From positions 357,745-421,744 of the forward strand of contig CALREW010000001.1 of NCBI GenBank assembly GCA_943356415.1: DNA of 64,000 nucleotides, given 5' to 3'. Shown here piece by piece: positions 48,007-58,038 of the stretch. A program made the translations under genes and the position numbers. Numbering within the stretch: position 1 is the stretch's first letter; each line of letters begins with the position of its first letter. Source of the DNA: Candidatus Nomurabacteria bacterium (GTDB lineage: Bacteria > Patescibacteriota > Minisyncoccia > Phycocordibacterales > SBAW01). The notes under the pieces were generated by a model, which was not told where the DNA came from, did no database searches, and saw only the letters and a list, made by a program, of their open reading frames with translations.

Positions 48007-48741
48007 TTATTTTCCAAGATATGCCTCAACAACTGCCGGCTCAGCGAGTACCTGCGCAGGTGTTCCCTCAGCGAGAAGTCTGCCGCTATCGAGTACATAG
48101 CAGTGGTCAGCTAAGTTGCGCACAATATCCATATCATGCTCGACAAGCACCACTGCCGAACCTGAATCGCGAAGCTCCTTGATGCAGGTGCCCACAGTGG
48201 TTCTCATCTCTGGAAAAAGTCCCGCAAATGGTTCATCAAAAAAGTAGACTTTTGAACGCATCGAGATAGCCCGGGCTATCTCAAGCAATTTTCGCTGCCC
48301 ATACGAAAGTTCTTCGCCAAGCGCATCTTTCTTCTCCCACAGGCCAACACGACGCAGGACATCTTCTGCTGCATCAAGGTGTAACTTAGTGTGCCGTTCA
48401 AAAAGAGCACCCCACACATTGCGCTCAGTGAGAACAAACAAAATATTATCGAGGACCGATATTTGCTCAATAACGCGGACGCTCTGAAAGGTGCGCGTCA
48501 TGCCCAACGCCGCAATATCTTGCGGGCGGACACTGGAGAGCTCCACATCGTCACTCACAACCACCGTACCACCATCCATCGGGAGTATACCTGTAACCAC
48601 ATTTATAAAAGTGGTTTTCCCCGAGCCGTTAGGCCCGATAAGAGCCGTAACCTTTCCCCCTTCAAAAGAAAGTGACACATGGTCAACAGCGCTCACCCCA
48701 CCGAAGCGCTTAAGAAGCTTCTTGGTCTGAAGGAATGCCAT
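48007..48741 (-). CDS. livG: Branched-chain amino acid ABC transporter ATPase
   Basis: FGGVSAV, RTFQ, LSYGQRKLLEIAR, VEHDM, VVEAYLG. Confidence 0.88.
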   Translation of the reverse strand: MAFLQTKKLLKRFGGVSAVDHVSLSFEGGKVTALIGPNGSGKTTFINVVTGILPMDGGTVVVSDDVELSSVRPQDIAALGMTRTFQSVRVIEQISVLDNILFVLTERNVWGALFERHTKLHLDAAEDVLRRVGLWEKKDALGEELSYGQRKLLEIARAISMRSKVYFFDEPFAGLFPEMRTTVGTCIKELRDSGSAVVLVEHDMDIVRNLADHCYVLDSGRLLAEGTPAQVLAEPAVVEAYLGK

Positions 48742-48782
48742 GAGACAACTATACGGCCGCTTAGCGCCCCTACAAAGTAGTG

Positions 48783-49931
48783 TTAGTAGCTAATATCTGT
48801 CGGCACACCACCCTTAATGACACGTACGGTAAAACCGAGATCAGAGTTGCCTGCGGCATCAAGCGAGTAAGTGCCCATCAAACCCTGATAATTTTTTACA
48901 TTCATGAGAAGCCATTGCTGCACCTTAGTACTGTCATCACCTACTGCACGAAGTGCTGACGCAATCATCATCATGCCGTCATAGGTTGAAGCGGAATGGA
49001 ATGGTATCGGGGATGGTCCACCGTACTCTTTCTCATACCTCTCAAAAAACGCTTTGCTCCCTGCTCCCGCGGTGTCATATGCCGGATCAGCAAAATAGAT
49101 ACCGTCGAGCGATCCTACAATCCGCTTCACATCACCATTAGCTGCGAGCGTAAAGTCAGTAAAGAGCGGTGGTGTAAACCCAAGCTCACGAGACTGTTTG
49201 ATGAACTGTGCAGCGTTTGTCCCAAGCTGAGAGAGAATAAGGATAGCCTCAGGTTTCGATTCGCGTACCGAAGTGATCAGCGTTCGATAGTCAGTAGTGT
49301 TTGGTTGGAAGCGCTCTGATTTTACGATGACACCCCCTTTCTCTTTAAAGGTCTTCTCAAAGGTGTTCTGGATGTCAGTGGTGTAATCAGTAACCTCGCT
49401 TATAGTAGCCGCCTTCGTATATCCAAGGCGGATCATTGCCTCTGCCAAATTCTGTCCCGCAAGAATATCTGCGTTTGCGATACGAAAAATATAGTCGCCT
49501 GCTTCATCGACATTTTTGCCACCAGTTACAGGCGTCAGCACCACCGTGTGCGTCTGATTGGCTATAGGTGCATATGCGATAGTCCCGTTGCTCGAAGTCC
49601 CTCCGATGACGTACCTAATCCCATCGGCGTTGATGAGTTTTTGCAATGCGCTAACACCATCCTTGCTTGTGTAGCCTGCATTCTCGATAACAAGCTCAAT
49701 AGGACGGCCGCTGATACCTCCGTCGGCATTTATATCTGCTGCGGCAAGCTTTGCAGTCTTAACGATGTTCTCTCCCACAACAGCGAAATCTCCAGTGAGA
49801 AGCGACGCCACGCCTATCTTTATGGATTCTTTAGAATTGTCCGCAGGTGTATTTTTTGATTGCGTTGTAAACCAAATGCCCGCTGCGATTACAAGGAGGA
49901 GGACAACTACAACGCCGACTCTCTTTTGCAT
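48783..49931 (-). CDS. LivK/LivJ-type substrate-binding protein
   Basis: N-terminal anchor, IKIG..LTG, INADGGISGRPIELV, YIFR, YDG. Confidence 0.88.
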   Translation of the reverse strand: MQKRVGVVVVLLLVIAAGIWFTTQSKNTPADNSKESIKIGVASLLTGDFAVVGENIVKTAKLAAADINADGGISGRPIELVIENAGYTSKDGVSALQKLINADGIRYVIGGTSSNGTIAYAPIANQTHTVVLTPVTGGKNVDEAGDYIFRIANADILAGQNLAEAMIRLGYTKAATISEVTDYTTDIQNTFEKTFKEKGGVIVKSERFQPNTTDYRTLITSVRESKPEAILILSQLGTNAAQFIKQSRELGFTPPLFTDFTLAANGDVKRIVGSLDGIYFADPAYDTAGAGSKAFFERYEKEYGGPSPIPFHSASTYDGMMMIASALRAVGDDSTKVQQWLLMNVKNYQGLMGTYSLDAAGNSDLGFTVRVIKGGVPTDISY

Positions 49932-50005
49932 GAAATATCGCTTATGGCTATGCGCCTATTCCACACTATTCTTAGGAAAAGACAAGTATCTTTCCTGGGT
50001 GGAGT

Positions 50006-51130
50006 TTACTCAATTTCGACGAACTTCCCGTCTTTAATGGTCTTGATCACGAACTCAATGTTGCGTATCTGATGCTTCTCGTTAAAGCTCACTTCCTCAG
50101 CGACAGTCCCTGGGATGCTCACATCAAGCAGAGCTTCACGAACACCCGCACGCTTCCCGTCTGTTTTGCGCAACGCTTCAATAAGCACATTCGTTGCGTC
50201 ATAAGCATTAAGTCCACTGAGACCCACTGGCACACCATTGTAAGTTGCTGCATACTTCTCTTGAAATACCTCTCCATTTTTAGTGGTTCGTCCGTGGGTG
50301 TAAATCACACCTTCAAGTGCGGACCCAAAATTTTCAACAAGAGTTGCATCCTCAATATCAGTAAGATTGAAGAATTTCACATCAAGACCAAGATCCTTTG
50401 CTTGCTTAAAGAATTTTGCTTTCGTCGCAGGATTAGCAAACACAGCGAAAATACCGTCGGAATGAATGCTTTTTAATTCAACAATCGATGTCCGGAAGTC
50501 TGAAAAGCCAAGAGGAAATTTGTATGACTTGCTGATGCTGAGTCCGTGCGCAGGAGCGCGCTCCTCAAAGAGAGCTGCCATTGTTGACCCAAACGTATCC
50601 TCGTCATGAAGTATCACTATGTTCTTGTTGCCGCTTGCAGCGATGTACGTTTCGAGCGCATCAACTTCACCTTGCTGTGGAAACCAAGTCGAAAACACAT
50701 AATCCGAGACGGTTCCATCATGGACCAAAGATTCCATTGCCATCGAAGGAGAAACAATAGCGACACGGCGTTCATTCATGACTGAAAAAACTCCCTGAAA
50801 CGCATCTCCCCACGTGGGCCCGATGACGGCAGCCACGTGATCGGCATCAACAAGTTTTATTGCGGCGTTCACAGTTGCCTTGGCATCACACGCCATATCC
50901 TCCACAACGAGCTCTATCTGTTTGCCGTTGATGCCACCTTTTTCATTAGCCTCAGCAACTGCGAGTTGGATTGCATGCAATTCTCCCTCACCCCAGGATG
51001 CACAATAGCCTGAAAGCCCTAAGGCAGCCCCAATCCGTATAGATTCCGCATCGCGCCGCGTCGTCCATGCCGCCGCTATGACCAAAATACCTATAATTAA
51101 CAATGCGCTTACCCATATGGCCTTTTTCAT
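50006..51130 (-). CDS. LivK/LivJ-type substrate-binding protein
   Basis: IRIG..LSG, NEKGGINGKQIELV.ED, AYDA. Confidence 0.87.
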   Translation of the reverse strand: MKKAIWVSALLIIGILVIAAAWTTRRDAESIRIGAALGLSGYCASWGEGELHAIQLAVAEANEKGGINGKQIELVVEDMACDAKATVNAAIKLVDADHVAAVIGPTWGDAFQGVFSVMNERRVAIVSPSMAMESLVHDGTVSDYVFSTWFPQQGEVDALETYIAASGNKNIVILHDEDTFGSTMAALFEERAPAHGLSISKSYKFPLGFSDFRTSIVELKSIHSDGIFAVFANPATKAKFFKQAKDLGLDVKFFNLTDIEDATLVENFGSALEGVIYTHGRTTKNGEVFQEKYAATYNGVPVGLSGLNAYDATNVLIEALRKTDGKRAGVREALLDVSIPGTVAEEVSFNEKHQIRNIEFVIKTIKDGKFVEIE

Positions 51131-51171
51131 ATGGCCATATAAAGCAACAAAACTTTAATTCTAGCAATATG

Positions 51172-51245
51172 ATTGACAATTTATTTACATATAAACAAAG
51201 CAAATATTGACTATATTTGCCTATTTTGTTAATATTATTGTCAAT
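51172..51245. promoter_or_regulatory. Divergent promoter region with palindromic operator candidates
   Basis: GCAAATAT-TGACT-ATATTTGC (51200-51220), flanked by inverted ATTGACAAT (51172) and ATTGTCAAT (51237). Confidence 0.5.
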
Positions 51246-51246
51246 T

Positions 51247-51999
51247 ATGATAGATAAAGAACTAATTGCCACCCTTAAGGGGGTCGGATTCGATGAAAAG
51301 GAAGCTCGTGTGTACTTGGCTACCCTCGAGCTTGGCGACGCTCAGGTCTCCCAAATAGCAGAAAAGGCGGAGCTGAAGCGTCCCATTGTCTACTTCGTAC
51401 TAGACCGCCTCAAAGCACGCGGCTATGTGCAGCATTTTGGCTCAGGCAACGTAAAACGGTTCTCCGCTGTTGAACCAAGCCGTCTTCTTGCAACATCGCA
51501 GACGGCGGTCGAGGAGTTTCGCTTTATGTTGCCTCTTATTCATGCGCTTCAAGACAAAGGCAAAGGAAAACCACGCATCGAATATTTTCAAGGCCTCGAT
51601 GCGGTCCTTTCTATATACGGGCAACTTGAGAAAGAGAAAGATGTTCGTTTCGTGACGAATGTACAAAAGCTGACGCCTATAATGGCAAAAGAAATAGAGA
51701 TGTGGGCCCGCAATTATGAAAGCAAGCGTAAAGATACTCGTGCGCACAAAGTACTGGTCTCAGACAACCAAACCGACACTGCATGGGCCACGCGCGTTGT
51801 AAAAGGAAGTGCTGATGTGCGCATCCTCCCTGGTCAACAAACTGAGATGGACTTCTCTATCAGCAAGGGAATGCTGTGTATTACTTCGTTTGATCCCCTC
51901 TTTATCGTGGTTATCCACTCTGAAAAAATAGCTCGCTCGTCTGCTCTACTTTTTGATTTAGCGTGGGAGAGTTCAAAGAAGGTCTCTCTTAAGAAATAA
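51247..51999 (+). CDS. TrmB-family transcriptional regulator
   Basis: LKGVGFDEKEARVYLATLELG...IAEKAELKRPIVY..L..L...G wHTH; IEYFQG effector domain; start at ATG 51247. Confidence 0.88.
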   Translation: MIDKELIATLKGVGFDEKEARVYLATLELGDAQVSQIAEKAELKRPIVYFVLDRLKARGYVQHFGSGNVKRFSAVEPSRLLATSQTAVEEFRFMLPLIHALQDKGKGKPRIEYFQGLDAVLSIYGQLEKEKDVRFVTNVQKLTPIMAKEIEMWARNYESKRKDTRAHKVLVSDNQTDTAWATRVVKGSADVRILPGQQTEMDFSISKGMLCITSFDPLFIVVIHSEKIARSSALLFDLAWESSKKVSLKK

Positions 52000-52000
52000 C

Positions 52001-52870
52001 TTAATTCATTCTGAATTTGCCGAGAAACCCCTGAGGCCTATACAGCATGAACAAAACAAGAATCGCTCCGTAGGTCACCTGCCTCATTTGCGCTGCTACG
52101 TCCGATGGAAAGCCTAAGAAACGCAGCGCTTCAGGAAGCACTATCAGAAAGAAAGCGCCAGCAAGTGCTCCTTCGTGTGAGGCAAGGCCGCCAAGAATGA
52201 TAATGGCGAGAATAAAGATAGATTCATTGAGCGAGAAACTCGATGGATCAATAAACGTGATGTAGCTCGCGAGCAATGCCCCAGCGAGCGCTGCGAGCAT
52301 TGCCGCAATAACAAACACCACGAGCTTGAAGTACGGGGTCGCGTAGCCAAATACTTGCACCATATTCTCATCCTCGCGTATCGCAGTGAGCACTCGACCA
52401 AAAGACGAACGCGTGAGGTACCAACAAACTCCGTAGACAATCGCACCAAGGATGATGCAGAGAATAAGAAACATAACGTTGTCAGAAAACGAAATGCCAA
52501 AAAGTTCCGGTCTATGAATACCCGGTATTCCTAGAGGACCACGCGTTAAACTCTGCCAATTGAGAAGGATGCTGAAGATAATGACGTTAAACCCAAACGA
52601 CCCGAGCGCATAATAGTCACCACGAAAGCGTGAAAGAACGGCGCCGATAACCAGCGCCACAACACCAGAAATAACCATACCAAGCAGCATTGCAGTGAAA
52701 AATCCGAACCCCTGATTGATCATCAAGAGCGCGGTGCCGTATGCACCGATGCCATAAAAAGCAGCGTGGGTAATGGAGAGAAGCCCGGCGTAACCGACGA
52801 TTAAATCGAGCGAAAGCCCAAGCATCGCGTAAATAGAAACCAGAATTGCTATGTGCAGTAGATACTCCAT
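52001..52870 (-). CDS. livM: Branched-chain amino acid ABC transporter permease
   Basis: GYAGLLSITHAAFYGIGAY, RGDY, LTRGPLGI, GRVLTAIREDE, RPQG. Confidence 0.88.
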   Translation of the reverse strand: MEYLLHIAILVSIYAMLGLSLDLIVGYAGLLSITHAAFYGIGAYGTALLMINQGFGFFTAMLLGMVISGVVALVIGAVLSRFRGDYYALGSFGFNVIIFSILLNWQSLTRGPLGIPGIHRPELFGISFSDNVMFLILCIILGAIVYGVCWYLTRSSFGRVLTAIREDENMVQVFGYATPYFKLVVFVIAAMLAALAGALLASYITFIDPSSFSLNESIFILAIIILGGLASHEGALAGAFFLIVLPEALRFLGFPSDVAAQMRQVTYGAILVLFMLYRPQGFLGKFRMN

Positions 52871-53737
52871 TTATTTTGAGAGAATACCTTTCGGTCGGAA
52901 TAGCAAAAAAGCGATCAGCACCGCAAACGCAATGGCATCTTTCCACTCCCCTGCAAACTGCCACGCCCCAAGATTTTCAATAAGAGCCAAGAGGAATGCG
53001 CCAAGGACGGCTCCGTAGATAGAACCTATACCGCCGATGATGGCGGCAATCACTCCTTTAAGAAGGAGGCTCATCCCCATCAAAGGCTCGATGCCGGTAT
53101 CAAACCCAACGGCAATACCCGACAGCCCACCAATCGCACCTCCTACCGCAGCGACGATGCCAAGAATCCTGGGACTGTTTATACCGACAATACTTGCAAC
53201 CGTACTGTCATCGGCGACAGCACGCACCGCTTTGCCAAAGAGCGTTCTCGACAGAACGATACCCACCCCCGTCATAATGACGAGTCCCGATATAAAGATG
53301 AGCGCTTGGACATCCGTTATGACACCGCCTGCAATATTGAACGTACGCGTACTGCCGATATTTTTGGAGAGCGTCTGGAATTGACTCGAGAAAATAATGG
53401 CAATAACCGCTTGGATGATGGTGAGTACGCCAAGCGAGGCAATAAGCAATATCGTTCCCGATGCTTTTCTTTCGCGCAGTTTGCGATAGATAAATCGCTC
53501 AACCAAAAAGGCAAGCAGACCCGCGGTAGCGACGCCAATACCAATCGCAAGCCACACAGGTAGATCAATCTGTTTGTAGGACCAATAGGTGGCGTAGCCT
53601 CCAACAGCAATAAGCGCCCCGTACCCGAGATCGAAAAACTTCGCCGTGCTGTACATCAGCGTGAAGCCCAACGCGATAAGCGTATAGATAGCCCCGGCGA
53701 TAACGGCATTTAGGAGTATCTGGACGAGAATATCCAT
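52871..53737 (-). CDS. livH: Branched-chain amino acid ABC transporter permease
   Basis: GAIYTLIALGFTL, GKAVRAVA, IIGGIGS, RPKGI. Confidence 0.88.
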   Translation of the reverse strand: MDILVQILLNAVIAGAIYTLIALGFTLMYSTAKFFDLGYGALIAVGGYATYWSYKQIDLPVWLAIGIGVATAGLLAFLVERFIYRKLRERKASGTILLIASLGVLTIIQAVIAIIFSSQFQTLSKNIGSTRTFNIAGGVITDVQALIFISGLVIMTGVGIVLSRTLFGKAVRAVADDSTVASIVGINSPRILGIVAAVGGAIGGLSGIAVGFDTGIEPLMGMSLLLKGVIAAIIGGIGSIYGAVLGAFLLALIENLGAWQFAGEWKDAIAFAVLIAFLLFRPKGILSK

Positions 53738-53758
53738 GTACTTCCTAGCCTACCATTC

Positions 53759-54871
53759 CTACTTCACTATCTCCGCAGAGCCATTGTGCACGAGATGCAC
53801 CTCATACTGCGCGGTCTTTAGATCTCGATCGGCGTCAAAACTGATTTCAGAGAGCGCTACTCCTTCGGTGTAATTAACGGCAGCAAGCGCATCTCTAACC
53901 TTCTGAGAATCAGTGCCGACCGAACTTATAACCGAGGCGAGGAGGCGGAACGCATCGTATCCAAGCACCGAGTAGATATTGATGTCGGTCCCGGTGCCTT
54001 GTTTAAGTTTCGTTGCGAACGCCTCTGGCTGGTTAAACTTTCCAACGCTATACATGGCACCTTCAGCTTCTGGCACGGAGGTGAACTCCTTGAGATCAAG
54101 TGCATCTCCACCAAAACGTACAGCGCTAAGACCGATAGCCTTCGCCTGTTTTACGGCTACAACACCTGAGCCAGGATACAGCGCCATGTAGAGCGCTTCA
54201 GGATCTGCTGCTTTAATTTTCGACAGCTCGGTGCGCATATCGGTTGCTGTTTGAGTCACCCCTTCATTCTCGACAACTTCTCCCCCAAGCTCCTTGAAAC
54301 GCGCCGCAAAGACGTCACTGAGACCCTTGCCGTAATCATTGTTTACGTAAAGTACTGCAGCTTTGTGTTTGCCAAGCGTGTTGTAAATATATTCTGCAGC
54401 AAACTTTCCCTGGAAGGCGTCGGACGGATACGTGCGGAACACATACTCGCCTGCTTTCGTTAGTCCTGGTGCAGACGCCCAAAATACCGTGGGCACATGA
54501 TTCGCTTGTGCGATTGGGAGTCCCGGACCGGCCGCAGATGAGCACAGTGGGCCAATAATTGCAGCAACCTTATCGAGCGATACCAACTTATTAAATACAT
54601 CTGCACCGTCCTTGGCACATTTATCATCTTCAAAAATAACTTCGACCTGTCTGCCACCAATACCACCAGCGTCGTTTATTTCCTTTTGTGCAAGCTCAAT
54701 GCCAGCCTTTGTTTGCTCACCCAAGCTTGCAGCCTCCCCCGTAAGAGGCAGCGACGCACCGATGCGAATAGGCCCTGTTTCCGTAGGAGCTTTTTTAGTA
54801 GCGACGCCAAACCAAATAACCGCCGCTACAATAACCACTGCACCCAGGCCTAACCAAAGATTTTTTGACAT
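53759..54871 (-). CDS. LivK/LivJ-type substrate-binding protein
   Basis: IRIGASLPLTG, INDAGGIGG, IIGPLCS, FRTYPSD, YDA. Confidence 0.88.
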   Translation of the reverse strand: MSKNLWLGLGAVVIVAAVIWFGVATKKAPTETGPIRIGASLPLTGEAASLGEQTKAGIELAQKEINDAGGIGGRQVEVIFEDDKCAKDGADVFNKLVSLDKVAAIIGPLCSSAAGPGLPIAQANHVPTVFWASAPGLTKAGEYVFRTYPSDAFQGKFAAEYIYNTLGKHKAAVLYVNNDYGKGLSDVFAARFKELGGEVVENEGVTQTATDMRTELSKIKAADPEALYMALYPGSGVVAVKQAKAIGLSAVRFGGDALDLKEFTSVPEAEGAMYSVGKFNQPEAFATKLKQGTGTDINIYSVLGYDAFRLLASVISSVGTDSQKVRDALAAVNYTEGVALSEISFDADRDLKTAQYEVHLVHNGSAEIVK

Positions 54872-54969
54872 ACAAGCTGTTACTGCTTCCCTATAAATAG
54901 ACACGGTTACCCTAGCTCAAACCAGCATACCAAAGGAAGGGCACAAGCAAAGGTTCAAGAAACGTATTC

Positions 54970-56235
54970 TTATTGCGCCTTGAGAACCTGCCTGAGGCTC
55001 GAGTATTTATTACCCGGGTCCCAGAAAAGATACCCATCGAGACCCGCATCGTGCGCTGCCTGTATTTGGTTAGCCACCATAGTCGGGGTGTAGTCCACGG
55101 GGTAGTCGAAATCCTGAAGCCACGGACGAATTTTACTCTTATCGTATGCCGGCTTTAGATACACCGCAGGAGTCGTCGTACCGATGCGCGAGAAAGCGGC
55201 TCCTGCAATGCCGGTCTGTGTTGCAGTCGTACGACGCACTGCAGCATCAAGCACAAATTTCATAAGGTCATAGGTATGCGCGTTCGGATCTTTCCAACCG
55301 TTGAAGCCGCTTGGGTAATGCGATGGATACACCATCGGTGCAATGTAATCGAAGTACGGCAGAGCACGTTCAAGCACCTGTCCGATATTAAGATCGTCAG
55401 TGTTTGTTGTTGTCATGCCAAAAAGGTCAGCCGACATCTTTACTCCCGTATCCTTCAGATTTGCATGTAGATAACTAAAAAATTCTTCAACCGCTTCTTG
55501 TTTGGTCTTTCCTGGAGAAAGGGTATACACCGCATCGGCCATATTTCCGTCAGAAGGAAAACGTATGTAATCGAAATTTATTTCATCAAAACCAGTTGCG
55601 TACGACGCCTTTGCAAGTTTCACCACGCGTTCCCAATAGGGCTTTGCGCCGACCTGGATAAAAGAGAGCCCTTTACGATCTTTCCACGGACCGCCGTGAC
55701 TCGCACTTTGCACTGCAAGTTCTGGATGGGCCTTCGTGTAGGTTGGATCCTGGAAGACGGTGACACGTCCAATGACATAAATATTTTTGCTGTGGAGCAT
55801 TTCTATAAAAGAGCGCATGTCTTTGGCGCCACAGGCATCTGATACCCAGTCCTTGAGGTCCGGGTCATCCGGCGTAAAGGATATTTTGCCGGTGTAATCC
55901 TTGATGTCGATAACCACCGCATTAAGTTCCGTTGTATCTATCAAATCAACGAGCTGTTTTCTAAAATTTGGAGTGCCAACAACACACTGCGACATGTAGA
56001 CGGCTTTTACATTGGTCGGCACACCGACGTGCGCTGCAACTGAGACAACAGGCACGTCACTTTCTTCACTTGAAGTAGCGGTGCTGCTTGCGACATCGGC
56101 ATCACCTCGCACGCTCACCGAGGAGAGTGCGGGAATGACAAACTCAAATGCGAGAAAACACACCGTCGCTACAACGACGACGCCTGTGAAGAGAAGTTTT
56201 TTACCCGACCCGAGGGCGATTTGTTTGCGTTTCAT
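54970..56235 (-). CDS. Putative glycoside hydrolase (DUF4015-like), membrane anchored
   Basis: TELNAVVIDIKD, GFDEINFDYIRFP, PMVYPSHY, RPWLQDF. Confidence 0.82.
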   Translation of the reverse strand: MKRKQIALGSGKKLLFTGVVVVATVCFLAFEFVIPALSSVSVRGDADVASSTATSSEESDVPVVSVAAHVGVPTNVKAVYMSQCVVGTPNFRKQLVDLIDTTELNAVVIDIKDYTGKISFTPDDPDLKDWVSDACGAKDMRSFIEMLHSKNIYVIGRVTVFQDPTYTKAHPELAVQSASHGGPWKDRKGLSFIQVGAKPYWERVVKLAKASYATGFDEINFDYIRFPSDGNMADAVYTLSPGKTKQEAVEEFFSYLHANLKDTGVKMSADLFGMTTTNTDDLNIGQVLERALPYFDYIAPMVYPSHYPSGFNGWKDPNAHTYDLMKFVLDAAVRRTTATQTGIAGAAFSRIGTTTPAVYLKPAYDKSKIRPWLQDFDYPVDYTPTMVANQIQAAHDAGLDGYLFWDPGNKYSSLRQVLKAQ

Positions 56236-56455
56236 TCGAGGTCGGTTGCGCTTCGCGCGGGCGGTTATCTACAAAAAAATCTTGGGTGTGCGCCGCACCG
56301 CGGGCAAGCACTTCACGCCGCAGGAAAAAACCAAGCGCCGCGATTCCAAGACCTCCGAGAACAAGAAGTGTCGTTCGCCACGACCCAGGAAGTCCAAGAT
56401 ATGGCAACGCTGCGATTGCGAGCCCGAGCAATATCAGCGTCACTTCCTTCGACAT
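56201..56455 (-). CDS. Small two-TM hypothetical protein
   Basis: MSKEVTLILLGL..LPYLGLPGSWR; TATACT six nt before ATG. Confidence 0.65.
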   Translation of the reverse strand: MSKEVTLILLGLAIAALPYLGLPGSWRTTLLVLGGLGIAALGFFLRREVLARGAAHTQDFFVDNRPREAQPTSNETQTNRPRVG

Positions 56456-56576
56456 ATTCGCAGTATACCCCATGAGATAAAGGGGCGGCCATTTGTGGAA
56501 TACCTGTCGATCGTCAGATGCCGGTGCAGAGGGAGGCGATTGCCTGCCTATCCACGGGGTATAGCAGAGCCGCGCA

Positions 56577-57257
56577 CTACTGCGCCTCAACAATAACGAC
56601 AAATTCCCCTCGCTGCTTCTCAGGGGTCTCTTCCAGGTATGCCAGGAGCTCCCCTGCAGTTCCTACCCGACTTTCCTCATGAAATTTGGTGAGTTCTCTG
56701 TAGATACCAATTCGGCGCTCCCCACATTGGGTAGCGAGCGACTGCAACGCTTTCATAATCCGGTGTGGAGACTCATAGAAAATGCTTGTCCGCTCATCCG
56801 TGGCAATAGTCTTAAAAAGCGTCTCTCTCCCCTTCTTCTGGGGCAAAAAGCCATAAAACGTAAATGTTGAAACGCGAAGTCCCGCGATAGAAAGCGCCGC
56901 GGCAAGCGCCGAAGGACCTGGTATTGCCTCGATAATCACATCGTCTCCAAGGGCTTCCCGTGTCGCTCCTACCAACTCTCCCCCTGGATCAGAAACCCCT
57001 GGCGTCCCGGCGTCAGTCACCAACGCAAGATGTTTCCCTTCTTCAAGCAACTCGACAATTTTCTTTACCTTACTTGCACCACTATTTGCATGAAATGAGA
57101 GCGTCGGCGTGGTAATAGCAAAATGGGAGAGCAATTTCTTCGTGACACGCGTGTCCTCACAAAGAATGATGTCAGCCGCTTTCAAGACCGAAAGAGCTCG
57201 GAGCGTAATGTCTTCGAGATTTCCTATGGGGGTCGCAATGACGGAGAGTTTGGACAT
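56577..57257 (-). CDS. rsmI: 16S rRNA (cytidine1402-2'-O)-methyltransferase
   Basis: ATPIGNLEDIT, EDTRVT, DAGTPGVSDPG, YESPHR, RELTK.HEE. Confidence 0.96.
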   Translation of the reverse strand: MSKLSVIATPIGNLEDITLRALSVLKAADIILCEDTRVTKKLLSHFAITTPTLSFHANSGASKVKKIVELLEEGKHLALVTDAGTPGVSDPGGELVGATREALGDDVIIEAIPGPSALAAALSIAGLRVSTFTFYGFLPQKKGRETLFKTIATDERTSIFYESPHRIMKALQSLATQCGERRIGIYRELTKFHEESRVGTAGELLAYLEETPEKQRGEFVVIVEAQ

Positions 57258-57266
57258 GGAGGTGCC

Positions 57267-57956
57267 TTACCTTTTGCGAGCGACGATTACGAGCGAATCT
57301 ACTGATGTGTCAGTGTCGCGCTCCAGACTCTTGTATTCACGCTTCTCAACCAGTTCAAAGAGTTCCTCGAATGTTGGTGAGAGATAATCGTTCATTGAAT
57401 GTGGCGGATAGGTCACTACAACCTTTCCTCCGTAGAGCGATGTCTTTATGACCTCTTTTCCATTCTCAACAGCTCGTATGTCTGCGACGGGATGCGGCAA
57501 AATAAGAATAAGTTCTCCACCTGACCTTAGTACTCGCGCTGCTTCACGATAAGGCGCGTCTGTTTTTTCAACATAATGGAAAGAAAAACGCCCAAGAACA
57601 TAATCTTGCGATGCGTCCGGTACCGGCAGATGTTCCCAATCGCCAAGTTGAGCAATAGCTGTATCTCCGGTGACCTTCTGTGCTGCTTGAACCATCGTAA
57701 GAGACGGATCGACGCCAAGCACTTGTTTAAAATGCATTTCGTCTCGATACGTCACGAGCTCTGCTCCCGCACCACAACCAACATCGAGAAGTGATTTTTC
57801 TTGTGGATTTTTTAGATGCTCGGTAAGGAATTCTTTACCAAGATCTCTAACGTTCTTGAAAAACGCTTCTTTGCCTTCAATGTAGGCATCTCCTATGTGA
57901 TTGTACTGCCTCGTTATGGAATCAGGAGAGGATGATTTTGGAAGCTCTTGCGACAT
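57267..57956 (-). CDS. Class I SAM-dependent methyltransferase
   Basis: LLDVGCGAG, GVDPS, EAARVLRSGG. Confidence 0.85.
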   Translation of the reverse strand: MSQELPKSSSPDSITRQYNHIGDAYIEGKEAFFKNVRDLGKEFLTEHLKNPQEKSLLDVGCGAGAELVTYRDEMHFKQVLGVDPSLTMVQAAQKVTGDTAIAQLGDWEHLPVPDASQDYVLGRFSFHYVEKTDAPYREAARVLRSGGELILILPHPVADIRAVENGKEVIKTSLYGGKVVVTYPPHSMNDYLSPTFEELFELVEKREYKSLERDTDTSVDSLVIVARKR

Positions 57957-57983
57957 AGCGTATGTATAGCAATCAGGCTCTCT

Positions 57984-58021
57984 AAAAACAACACGGTCGG
58001 CCCTTCGTCAGGCCGACCGTG
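57984..58021 (-). terminator. Intrinsic terminator of module at 58039-58704
   Basis: 11-bp stem CACGGTCGGCC/GGCCGACCGTG followed by TTGTTTTT on the minus strand. Confidence 0.7.
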
Positions 58022-58038
58022 GTGCACGTGTTGTTCGT

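Noticed and set aside
56490-56560. DnaA-like boxes TGTGGAATA and CTATCCACG
   Set aside because: Two mismatches each; compatible with chance.
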